Position numbers and translations under genes: made by a program. Below are positions 53,307 to 64,000 of a DNA stretch of 64,000 nucleotides, piece by piece (position 1 is the first letter of the stretch; the number at the start of each line of letters is the position of its first letter). The notes under the pieces were generated by a model. The model searched no databases and was not told the origin of the DNA. It saw nothing but the letters and a program-made list of their open reading frames with translations. Origin of the DNA: Adineta vaga (Eukaryota; Animalia; Rotifera); the NCBI GenBank assembly GCA_021613535.1, contig CP075492.1, forward strand, positions 3,348,001 through 3,412,000. The letters are read 5' to 3'.

Positions 53307-54640
53307 ACTATATTCTGCCTTTTTGTTTGAATATATGCAGAAATAGATCTTGTTGATCTTCTCCTTCATTCACTCTAGTGCCATTGCTACCCTTCCAGTT
53401 TATCGATGAGTTCTTAATAAAAGAAATAGATGCTGCAGCAGTAACATCATTATTTTTCGTCCCAGTTCTAATTCATTGATTGTCAAATGTCTTTTTGATT
53501 AGGATTTTGACAGAATATAGAAGTGTTACTCTACATGTAATTTATATGATAACAGACATCAGCAGAAGCTTCGTACTTCAATAGAAATAGAGATAAAAAG
53601 AAAAAGAGAAAATAAACTCGCATTTCTTCAACATGGAAATGAAATAAAATGTAACGAGAGATCTATTGCGGTAGGTAAGTAGGCTTTCTGATTATTCTCA
53701 TTCCAATTCTGCTGAACATTAGCAGTGAAATAAAGGACTTACTATATCGAGATTCTGATTATACTTGTTTGTCTACGTATGAAAAATATCTGTTCTTAAA
53801 TTCAATATTCATTTATGTTTGGTATAATTCTTGACTAGATCTTATAAAAAGTTCAAGTATATCTTGACGAAATTCTTTTTATATTTTTTGTTAGAATCGT
53901 GAAATCCGATTGGGAATGAACCTTTGCATGATCGTTCGAGGTCACATCAGGAAAATCTTTAATGGATCCTTACATTTTCTGATAAAGATTCTGGTTACAA
54001 TTGTCATTCTTCTCTAAACTTTGCTGAGTTCATTCTTGAGAATTTCCTAATAAGATGATGAGAGAAGCTTTTCATAACGAAGTTTGTGTTGTGTAGTAAA
54101 ACATAATAAATCTACTGTGAATATTACTAACACAATTTAGTCAGTTTCTTTGATCAACAGTGGTAGTGACAGTGAGTTTTTTTTTATTAGAAATATGAGA
54201 ATACATGTAGTTATTCTGTCATATAATGATTTATATGACAAAATGCAAAATTATAATTAAATTTTGAATATATTTAGAGAGAAACACAGGACGTATGACT
54301 ATATGAAATATTATTTTATTCTGTTGAAATGCAACATTATTGATATTTCATGATAAATTCTGTCTGATCTTGAAAGTGATAACTTTATCTTTACTTTAAA
54401 AGCATAAGTAAAGATTAACTTTACCGTTATTTCATAAAGAGTAAAGACTTATCTTTATCTTTATATTTATATTTATTATACGTATGGAAAAAAACGATAA
54501 AATAATCCTTTTGTTCAACATGATGGTAAAATAGAGAATAAATCTTTTTTTGTAATTGTCAGGAGAATAAAAGAATTATTGTTATACCGACAAATTAGGT
54601 CCATTGAAAGGTAGTTCTGGAAATAGACTGTTAACTTAAT

Positions 54641-54726
54641 TTAAGAGGCGTAAATGTGACTGAGAGTCAATATAAAATACTCGTATACACAGATCCTCTC
54701 ACTCTCACCACACCCACACCCTCAAG
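54641..54726. repeat. Short hairpin element, TTGAGG family
   Basis: Right arm ACTCTCACCACACCCACACCCTCAAG; degenerate left arm TTAAGAGGCGTAAATGTGACTGAGAGT. Confidence 0.5.
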
Positions 54727-55562
54727 AACTTTAACATAATCTTTTTTTGTTATTCTTCGAAGAATAACAGTAGAAAATGGCATTAACTTATCAATGATAA
54801 TTATACAAGAAAAAAAGAAATTCGTTATCAAATCGATTTAGAAGATCAACAAGAGAAAAACCTTGTATTGTGTTTGTCTATATTCTATAACATGTGTTAG
54901 ATTGACGAAAGATTAGATCTAACGATTTTAATCTTTTTTCTTCCGTATGTTGAAATAAATATTATAATCTATGCGCAAATATGGGAACGAATGACATAAA
55001 CTATTTCCAATGAATATCATCCGAATATATTGTATTTGTATAAGTCGTATCTGTTCGAATAAGAAAATATTCATTTATAATCACCAGACTTAACTTTCTC
55101 ATTTTCTCATATATACGTGATATCTATTGGATATATATTTATATACATTTCGTGGTATAACAGAACACGAAAAAATGAATACCAATTTCATCAGGATTAT
55201 ACCGATAATACGCAATTCGATGTAAAGTAAATGCAACTAAAAATGACTTATAGTGGTTCGTAGTAACTCGTGATCTCTAGTCACGATTTCTTTGCTTCAG
55301 TTATATGCGATATATTTGATATCTTGTTTGCTTTTATTTTACTTTCATTGTATTACATAACACAAAATACCAATATTTATTGAATAAATATCTAGAATCA
55401 ATGACAAAACGGAAAAACTGAGTCCCAAATATTTCTTCCTCTCCTAATGAAATCATTTAGTTTGTGATTGAACGTTTAGATATTCGTTTCCATTTTGGTA
55501 ATGCAGATGTGAATTAAAAACATTTTTTTTTGTTTCTAGGTATTTCTACTACTATAGAAACA

Positions 55563-56246
55563 ATGATGTGTAAAAATCGTCGTTTTATTCTATTGATCAC
55601 GGGAGTTATTCTAATCATCACATATTTTATGGTATATTCACCTTTTCAATCAACTCAAAAATCTAATCCTCCATTAGATAAATTCACTCAATGTTTACTC
55701 GATGCTCAAAAGACATTTTCAAATCTATCATTACCTTGGTTTCTTGCATTTGGTACAGCATTAATGTATTATCGATCAAATCATTTCATATCGGATGATA
55801 TCGATATTGGAATATTTATTGATGATTTACAATTAAATAATATTACTGATAAGAAATTTCTCTCAACTATTCGTCGACATGGTTTTCAATTACTTATAAA
55901 CTATGGAAATCGATCACATGGTCAAGGTTGGACATTAGCATGTCCTCGTTCGAAATTACATTTTGGTATATTTGTATTTTATCACGCGAATCTTCTGCAG
56001 AACGAAACATTTACCTGGTGGACAGCATCTTATAATGGAAGATGTAATAAAATGAAATATCGAAAATGTCGTTGGTGGTTTTCAGATTTTCAACCAATGA
56101 TATTTCAAATGTATAAACAATATTTTCGAATAGCTCCCAAACAGTTCTTAGTTGAAAAATATGGTCCCGATTGGATGATTCCACGAAGGTATGGGTATTC
56201 TGAATCACTTAAACCTAACTTTCTTCCTAATTTGATAAATGAATAA
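55563..56246 (+). CDS. LicD/fukutin-family protein, copy 2 (inverted relative to copy 1)
   Basis: Near-identical to 40394-41071, with a few substitutions and a 2-codon insertion near the C-terminus. Confidence 0.8.
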   Translation: MMCKNRRFILLITGVILIITYFMVYSPFQSTQKSNPPLDKFTQCLLDAQKTFSNLSLPWFLAFGTALMYYRSNHFISDDIDIGIFIDDLQLNNITDKKFLSTIRRHGFQLLINYGNRSHGQGWTLACPRSKLHFGIFVFYHANLLQNETFTWWTASYNGRCNKMKYRKCRWWFSDFQPMIFQMYKQYFRIAPKQFLVEKYGPDWMIPRRYGYSESLKPNFLPNLINE

Positions 56247-57022
56247 AATAATTTCCATTGAGATGGAAATTTCAGATATCTGTGTTATTCATCGTTGATA
56301 AAAGCAGCATATTTTATCTCTATAGTTAAGTCTCTCTATTCGAGAATAATATTAGTTTTTAAGATTGATATCAGACGAAGATGCATTGGATTTTTTATGA
56401 TATTCTTAATTCGATATGGATGAAATATTTCCTGGCGAAATAAATCTTCTTGAAAATATTTCGTGATTTTTATCATTTAAATTGACGCTTGAATGGCACT
56501 ATAGGTGAACTACGTGTTTATTTTTCTTCTGAATAAAATTAAGCAGAACAACAATACATTCGTTCGGAGCAAATAGGTTCATTTCATGTTCAATCAGTTT
56601 GAAATATGTTTCGATTCAATGTTGTAACAAATCAATATTTTATCGATCGCTTGAAAATTTACGGATTATGATAAGTTTTAGTTGTGCACTAGGTACATAC
56701 ACTTCCGGATCATTAACAAAACGCAATTTATCATTATGAACTTTAAATTTAGATACGTATGATAGATTAACACCATTCTATGGTTATGCTTCAATGATGT
56801 GTATCAATGAATTGATCGATTTATATACGTTCACTAACTATATCGATAAAATTAGAAAACGTTATCCCTTATTTCAAAACTGTTTAGGTTGTGTTTTGGA
56901 AGCGACAAGAGGTTATGAATGTCGAATTTGTAAATAACCATTTTGAGAGTATGGGCTAACAAATGACACACACTCACATCCTCGAAAATGCATTCATTTT
57001 TATTAATTTATAAAACAACATA

Positions 57023-59858
57023 TCATAACATAGTTTTATTTACTATCGCTTCTTTCGTTTTCTTTCTCCAGAACTGTAATCGATGAACTTTTCTCTCCAT
57101 CATCCATTTCATTAATGGTAGTAAACTTAATCTAATGATGACAAAAGCCAAAGCAAATAAACCAATAATAGTTGTTGTAAACAGTATACCATGAAATAAC
57201 ATTTCATTTGTTCGTACAATTGGTTGTTGTTCATTAATAACATAAAATTGTGTTTCACTGAAGCTTATTTTCAATATCTGTTGTGTAGCTAAATAGCGAA
57301 GATAATTACCTTGTTGTTTGTAAGCAAGAGCATCATTAAGTAATTCATAAGTCGTTGTTGGAATCCATCTACCACTATAATATCCTGAACCACTATAATC
57401 CAATACATCTGTTCGATTAATAACTTTCGTAAGTATAAAAGAGATTTTTGTCGTTTGACCAAGTGTTTGTTCAGATGTTGAAAATAACTGACAAAATTTC
57501 AATTCTTGTACAGTATATACTGAATCATTAGTCGTAGAATTAGCACCCGTTAGACAGATGAAAACACCACCGATATAATATTCTCCTATATGAAGAAAAA
57601 TGAAAATAGTTCGTTTTAATTTTCAAAATAGAATTCAACCTGTTAAATTCAATTGAATATCCATTAGATGATAAGGCATATCAATCGATACAGTAAGTGT
57701 AGCATTATCCGACTGTAATAAACAGGTGGTTGGAAGGAAATCAACAGCATACGAACCGAAATTGTTCTTAAAAGAAATTGAGAAAAACTATTGCCGTAAG
57801 AAATTGTTATTGATTTACCTGTAAACGAATATCTTGGCATAAAAAACCTGTCTGTACAAAATTAATTTGTAAAGTAAAATTTTGTGCTTCGAGAAGATCA
57901 AAAATTGGTTTTTCTTTATCAGATTTAATTGTCGATAATAATTGTAAACCTGAACTAAACTGAGCATTTCGTAATGATGCATCACATGCAAAATCAGCAT
58001 CGTTGGATGTTTCTATTGGATATAATTTAATAAAAACGGAACCAAACCAAAAACTAAAGATAACAAGAACGACAATAGCAAATGAAACAAGACCACCAAA
58101 CCAAAGTTCTCCATTGCCAATAAGATCTGTTTGACGAAAAATATATTGAAGACGTTTTAAATGTTTCTTTTTTGTTGGAGAATAATAGAAAATACCCATG
58201 ATAATAAGAATAATAAAACCAAGAAATAATGTAATTAATGCCCAGAAAAAAGGTGAAAGAAGAATACATCGAACAGGAGTTGTTTGAATACTAAAGACAT
58301 TCTCAATAAGAATATCATCAAATGATGTACTTGATGGTGAGGTAGGATAAGCATATGCTTGACTTGACGAAATAATTGTCGATAGATTGACATCATTCAC
58401 TGACCCAAGAGGACAAAATGAGTCATTCAAACATGCAGCACACATTATAGTTGGCATCGATGAATTCGTTATATCTGAAAGAAAGAAAAACAAATGGAAA
58501 ATCAAATTTTGATATTAAAAAATAACTTTACTTGTTGGCGAACTCTTGGTATTTGTTGGACATACTTGACATGGTGTTGGACCTGTAATACTTTTATAAG
58601 TACCTGCTGGACATATTTCTGGAAAGAAACTGGCACTATAAATATCATTTGTTTTTATAAAATAGCCTGCATCAGCCGAATGAATCAATAATACGGTTCC
58701 ATCGCTAGCTTGTACCATTAACTTATTATCGAATGTCGTTGCTAATCGATTAAACGTAGGCGGTAAGTCTGTCCATTGTTCAAATGTTTGTTGATTATTC
58801 GGATATGCTGAAATAATATCAGTCGATGATGTATTAATCATTAGAACTCGAGATTGTGTCCAAGGAAGTGTGGGAACGTTTGCTAGAAGTAAAGCAGCTT
58901 GTATACCTTCGTTATCAATCCAACTTATTGAACGTGCTGGTTGATTGAAGGTTTTGATCAATTGTAAATTTGTGCTATTGAATGAGAAAAGATAGGTTGC
59001 CGATGATTGTGATACACCGACAAGAACTTGTTGAGTTGAATCATGTATTGATACAGACATAGCATAATTAAATTGATAGGTAAAAGCAAAATTTGAACGC
59101 GTAAATTTCACACGATCATCAGTCATTAAAGTATAACTCTTAATCACCATCATAGTTGATGGAGGATTTAAACGAATAAGATAAAGAATAGGTAATGCTT
59201 TATTTGCATCATACTGATAATAACCAGCAACGAGAGCTATTGGAATTCCATCACTTGTTTCACTTACATCTAACGCATGCGGTTCGAAATAGATTGATGG
59301 TAGAATATCTTCCCATGAAATATCTTGTACACTTTTATTCTCAACGTCAAATATGAAAATACCATTTGAAAGAAAACCGTATGCATATGTTCCTGCGCGA
59401 TTCATCTGTAGAGTAGACATTTCAGATAGTGTATTATTCCAGACTTTTACTTCATATTCACCATTATTAGATCCTAGAATTTTATCACACATTGCTGCAG
59501 GCTCTTCTGTGTTTCTCATTTGTGAAAATGTGAATACACCCAATTTTTGATAAGTACCTGTTGAAGAATTCGTACGCAAATAAACAAATGACATTTGTGT
59601 AGAGTTTTGACGTCGACCGACAGCTACGTTCATGACAAAATCATCAACAGAACCATAACCATAATTACACGTAAATGGTGTTCCAAAAGGAGCCATGATA
59701 ATCGAATATCGACTAAGATCGTTCTGAGCAAGAACAACAAAATAATCATTACTAGCTATGCGTGTTCCATAGGCATCATAATTATATGGATCCAGAACAG
59801 AAACTTCAAGAGTAAGTGGAATAAACGTTAGCAGAAATACGACGAATATATTAATCAT
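57023..59858 (-). CDS. Signal-peptide-bearing 3-TM protein with large ectodomain and a TNFR/GCC2-GCC3-like Cys module (4 exons)
   Basis: Signal peptide, CPAGTYKS..GPTPCQVCPTNTKS..C..C....FCPLGS, three hydrophobic segments; three short introns. Confidence 0.75.
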
Positions 59859-60156
59859 GATCACTTATTTCTATATTTATGTCATGTAAATTACGTGCAT
59901 GGTTATATATATATACTCATATTAGTCACTGAAATCCATGATAAATCGTATTAATCATTGAATATGCTGTTAATTTTATATATAAATACAAAAACGAAAT
60001 GTTTGTTTGATCATACTTAGAAACCATATCCATTAAATTGTAAGTTCTGATATATGTATGTACTTTATTCTGAATATACAAGTGCTTATACTTATTTAGA
60101 CACAGCAGTGCACATGAATACAAAGCTTCAGTATCTGACAGCGTCGGAGAATCTAA

Positions 60157-60199
60157 TCTTGAGGGCGATAGCTATTCATATTCACCCACATCCTTAAGA
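60157..60199. repeat. Short hairpin element, TTGAGGG family
   Basis: TCTTGAGGGCG ... CACCCACATCCTTAAGA. Confidence 0.5.
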
Positions 60200-60532
60200 T
60201 GGAATTAGAGAATAAGAAAGAAAATTAAATAAAAATAGCGAAGAACAGTCTTGTTTTTTCCTTCTCGATTTTTATTAGGTTTCTTTGCCTTTCGACGTCA
60301 AATATGCTTCTTTGATCTTTTTTCTCTTCCTGTAGACACGCTTCTATACAAACGCATTTTTGCTCGACGTTGGTGTTTTCTTCGCACTTTTGCGTTGATG
60401 GCTTCTATTTGCGATGGCACGCTTTTCTATATAAATCGCTAAATTCTAGTCATTTGTCATGCATTGTAGCCCAAACTCGTCGCGTATATGTTTTTTAATT
60501 CTTCCTTCTTTTCTTTTTATTTTGATAGATTT

Positions 60533-60950
60533 TCTCAACGAAACATGGGACCAAGTAAATATATTCTTATTTATCTGACTTAGATCTAGTTTTTTTCAGG
60601 TAAACAGTAAAAATATGGATGAATTTTTAAAAGAGCTTGGCATTGGAATGGCTCAACAGTATGGCAGCTAAAGGCATGAAGATTCGCCTTGTTATTAACG
60701 AGAATGGTGGCAAGTAGACAATTCGATCCGAGAGCACAATTATAACGAAGACAGTCCAATTCACACCCGAAGTTGAGTTTGATGAAACGACAAGTGATGG
60801 ACGTGATGTTCAAGTTCGTCTATATATATTTGTGTGTTTTTTTCAGACAATTGTTCGAGTTAAAGGTAATACAATTGAACATACAATGTGAGGCAAAGAT
60901 GGAAAAGAATGCGTGGCCATTCGTTACATAAATATGATCAAGGTGAACTA
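60533..60950 (+). pseudogene. Fatty-acid-binding protein (FABP) pseudogene retaining introns
   Basis: LNETWDQ/VNSKNMDEFLKELGIG..(frameshift)MAAKGMK.RLVINENGGK*TIRSESTI..FTPEVEFDETTSDGRDVQ/TIV..EHTM*GKDGKECVAIRY. Confidence 0.8.
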
Positions 60951-61436
60951 TTTCTTTTGTTCGATTATCAGGTTGTTGTCGAACGGCATATTCTTTATTG
61001 AAATTTTTAAAAAACTGAAAATCTCTTTCATATCAATGGTATATGTAATTTATCACTCGAAGCAGCAAGCATCACAAGAATTTTATAAAAAAATTATGCC
61101 AAAATGTGTGTTTATACAACGTAGCACTGTACACTAGATCACAGGCAGATACTTGTATAATTTTCATCAAAATCACACCTACCCCTCAGAGAATAGGAAA
61201 TATGAGTGTCATATTCACTTTAAAGGTAGTTTAAGATCATCCTATGATAGAAATTGTGAACGAATAAAAATTTTTATTCTCTAGTTAGGTTTAAGTAGAT
61301 ATTTGCTTCTATGCATTTGGAAAAGATCTTATAACAATCACTGTGTACGTAAGAACGCACAAAAAAAGCATTAATATTGAAGAACAGAATGGATAGATAG
61401 AAACTTGTTTGAAAATAGTCTTGATTCATATTATAT

Positions 61437-64000
61437 TTAAATTGCTATCGGTGTGACCTTTGTTGTTCGATGCCAGAGTAATCTCACAATGGTCACTGCG
61501 ACCGCTCGACAAACGATCATCAATCCACCATAAAGTCCAATTAGATAGGTTATTCCATCGATAACAGAACTTCGATCATTATACGAATAAATACACGACG
61601 AAGGTTTACATTGATCAAAATATTTCTCGTAGAAAATAGTACTTGAGTATTCTTCTACCATAAGTTGATTTACAATCGATTCAATAGTTGCATTGACACT
61701 AAAATGATTTAATCCTAATGAAGAAACATTCATCGCTTGGAAATTGTTAGTCGGATCCGTACAGTTTTGATCATAGAAACAATGAAGTGTCGATTGCAGA
61801 AGAGCCTCAAGTGCATAACAACCAACGTGCATGTTTCTCGACGGTTGAACACATTTTGACGACACTCCACAACTGCATTCTCCATACATCAAGGGTTTCA
61901 TGTGCACTTTCGACTCATGCACTATGGTCGTCGGAGTATCGATTACCCAATTAGTAATCAAGCTACTTAACAACATATTTGAACCTGTCGTCTCACGAAC
62001 TATAGTTAATGTGCTCACGTATGAGCTGGGTATCGTCGCTTTGAATTCATCAATAGTTGATTGAATACGTTCGTTCAACGATTGAACTGATAAAAGATTG
62101 GCATTCATGAAATCACTTGTTACGAGCTGCATCAGTGTGTCATTGATAGCTCCCTGAGAGAATCGACAGAGAGAGGCAAGCAGTTGAAATTGTGCACTAG
62201 CTGAATACCGAAAATCGGTTGGAGAGAATCGTTCTATCAAATCACCTTCGCCATATAGATAGACAATCCAACGATCAGAAACAAAGTCACTCGAGCACAC
62301 TTGATGAAAACGAGGTTCGATTGTGAGAAATGATTCATATTCCATTGATACATCGGAACATGGACACTGAAGAGAACTAGGAAAGCGTTTGGCTAGATCT
62401 TCGTATGTTGATAGTGATGGTTTTTGAACTTGAATATTTACTAACCGATGAGTGAAAGTGGAAATCAAATATACGATCGAAAGTGTTATCACTATCAACA
62501 CGAAATGTAAATGACGAGTTGTTTGACGTTCATCACGGCAGATAAAAAACGTTTTAATAAAAGACATCAAAGTGGCGTAAGATACACCACTCATGATGTA
62601 CTCTATCAATTGAAGAATGATTAAGAGAAGAAATTTCAAGCCAAGTGAAAGTCCTCCAAAAATACTGACAATAGTAGTGATAACAAGAAACAGATCCATT
62701 CGACGCTCGTAATCATATGTACATGTCAAGGGAGCACATGCTTCGTAATAAGATGTGAAAGACGTATTTGACACCCAGTAATCAACCATAAGTTTATTGA
62801 CAAGCGATTCTATCGTTTCATTTGGCGAGTTAAGATTCGGATTAAGTGGTGTGAAATGAAAAGATTCTTCTTGTGACATATACATGTATTTATCAATCTC
62901 AACCATACAAGATCGATTGTAGAAGCATTCCAATGTTGATGCGAAAAAACTGTCAATTAAGAAGCATCCAACAAAGAAGTTAGGAATATCGAAAATGATA
63001 TTAAAATCGTTAGTGATAAAATTATATTCACTTATGGACATCGTCTCGCGACACGACTCTTTGAGTGCACATGAACAATTGTCATATGTTTGTGGCATCA
63101 TTTTTGTTTTTCTTGTTATTGGATCCAGTATAAAATCAATATTCAAGTGACCACTAGTCAGACCATTCCCATGTGTAGTTGCCAGAATGAGTTTCACTAT
63201 ACGAAGCAATTGACTAGTTGTAGTAAACTGCCAATTTTTTATGAGCGATTGAAATTGAGATTCAAATATTTGTGGAGAAATAACGTGTGAGTTAACAAAC
63301 TGCGTTTGAATGAATGCGTCAAGTGCATTGGTGACTACTTGTTCAGCCTGTGAACAAAATACTACTAAGGTTTGAAATTGAGAACCGGCATATAAACGGT
63401 AATCTCCAAGATAATAATATGAATCGTCGCCTATTGCAAAAGTGTACTCCAACCATTCGTACGTAACCAAATCACTTGAACATGCTTGATGAAACTGAGG
63501 GTGCATCGTTATAAACGTGGAGTAGGGTATTGAAATTACTGAACATTGACATGAAAGACTACTTGGGTATTTTTGTTCCAATTCAATATATTTCGATGAT
63601 GTTGGCTTGAACTCAGTCTCATGATAAATACTTACACTCAGCAGTGTATAGGTCGCCAAAACAGTAAGTGAACTGATAAGCATGCATATATATATTCGAG
63701 TAGCAATACGCTGATAATATACTTGACGGTCATTGCTCGATTGTTGCTGGAAAAGATTCAATTCAATAACAACTTTTTTCAAAAGAGTTTTATATTGATT
63801 TAGACGAGCATGCACTAAAAATGAAGAAGAAATAGACGAAATGAAATTATGTTGAAGATAAAAGAGTGCCCCACTCCCCATTGTCTCTTGTTTCCATAAA
63901 TATTCTGAACTTACAAGGTACTTTTGGAGTCGGTAACGTGTTTCGTGGTTGTCGTAGAAATCGAATAATGGACGGAATAATAAAGGAAAGTACCAATGTT
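61437..64000 (-). CDS. Large membrane protein built of tandem TM - Cys-rich ectodomain - TM modules; 5' end outside the window
   Basis: Two full repeats (LxCxCSxxSxxYxxFxTxxPxFHQxCSSDxV..W..DxR..AxxQFQxL..YYEACAPLTCTY/YFDQCKPSSCIY..GGL); an upstream exon (TLVLSFIIPSII..KVP, GTAAGT donor near 63914) supplies the end of another repeat. Confidence 0.8.
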   Translation of the reverse strand, partial: HWYFPLLFRPLFDFYDNHETRYRLQKYLVSSEYLWKQETMGSGALFYLQHNFISSISSSFLVHARLNQYKTLLKKVVIELNLFQQQSSNDRQVYYQRIATRIYICMLISSLTVLATYTLLSVSIYHETEFKPTSSKYIELEQKYPSSLSCQCSVISIPYSTFITMHPQFHQACSSDLVTYEWLEYTFAIGDDSYYYLGDYRLYAGSQFQTLVVFCSQAEQVVTNALDAFIQTQFVNSHVISPQIFESQFQSLIKNWQFTTTSQLLRIVKLILATTHGNGLTSGHLNIDFILDPITRKTKMMPQTYDNCSCALKESCRETMSISEYNFITNDFNIIFDIPNFFVGCFLIDSFFASTLECFYNRSCMVEIDKYMYMSQEESFHFTPLNPNLNSPNETIESLVNKLMVDYWVSNTSFTSYYEACAPLTCTYDYERRMDLFLVITTIVSIFGGLSLGLKFLLLIILQLIEYIMSGVSYATLMSFIKTFFICRDERQTTRHLHFVLIVITLSIVYLISTFTHRLVNIQVQKPSLSTYEDLAKRFPSSLQCPCSDVSMEYESFLTIEPRFHQVCSSDFVSDRWIVYLYGEGDLIERFSPTDFRYSASAQFQLLASLCRFSQGAINDTLMQLVTSDFMNANLLSVQSLNERIQSTIDEFKATIPSSYVSTLTIVRETTGSNMLLSSLITNWVIDTPTTIVHESKVHMKPLMYGECSCGVSSKCVQPSRNMHVGCYALEALLQSTLHCFYDQNCTDPTNNFQAMNVSSLGLNHFSVNATIESIVNQLMVEEYSSTIFYEKYFDQCKPSSCIYSYNDRSSVIDGITYLIGLYGGLMIVCRAVAVTIVRLLWHRTTKVTPIAI

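Noticed and set aside
60200-60450. Lys/Arg-rich minus-strand stretch
   Set aside because: Broken by stops and not recognisable as any family.
1-64000. tRNA, rRNA and autonomous transposon ORFs
   Set aside because: None recognised by eye; a covariance-model and repeat-library scan would be needed to exclude them.

Overview
AT-rich eukaryotic genomic DNA with many short (about 50-110 nt) GT-AG introns. The gene families (NHL-repeat proteins, decayed ART/TPR-type genes, 84-nt-exon LRR genes, orphan class A GPCR, Cys-rich multi-TM proteins) and several non-metazoan-type genes point to a bdelloid rotifer; this is an inference from pattern recognition, not a database result. Left to right: TRPM-like channel (truncated by the window); Thr-rich/D8C membrane protein plus a partial duplicate; fungal/plant-type OPT transporter; NHL-D8C gene (frameshifted); decayed TPR/NHL gene; RING-CH E3 ligase; Cys-repeat GPI-type protein; GPCR (premature stop); a Rel-homology-like + NLS + F-box + LRR gene (in-frame TAG TAG); HSL-family hydrolase (frameshifted); a REEP/DP1-LRR fusion; two Mx-like dynamins in a ~2.7 kb inverted duplication that encloses a fungal-type sugar porter (premature stop), a LicD gene and a bacterial GlnA4-like ligase; a small Cys-rich type II membrane protein; an S9 peptidase relic; a second, inverted LicD copy; a 3-TM receptor-like gene; an FABP pseudogene; and a repeated two-TM-module protein (truncated by the window). 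Several foldback/MITE-like elements and a dispersed family of short hairpins with telomere-repeat-like arms are present. Best candidate for a new system: modular 84-nt LRR exon arrays fused to an NF-kB-like DNA-binding domain with an F-box, and to an ER-shaping REEP domain, next to a duplicated Mx pair, i.e. a possible non-canonical innate-immune module. Exon boundaries were read by eye and family calls come from remembered motifs.
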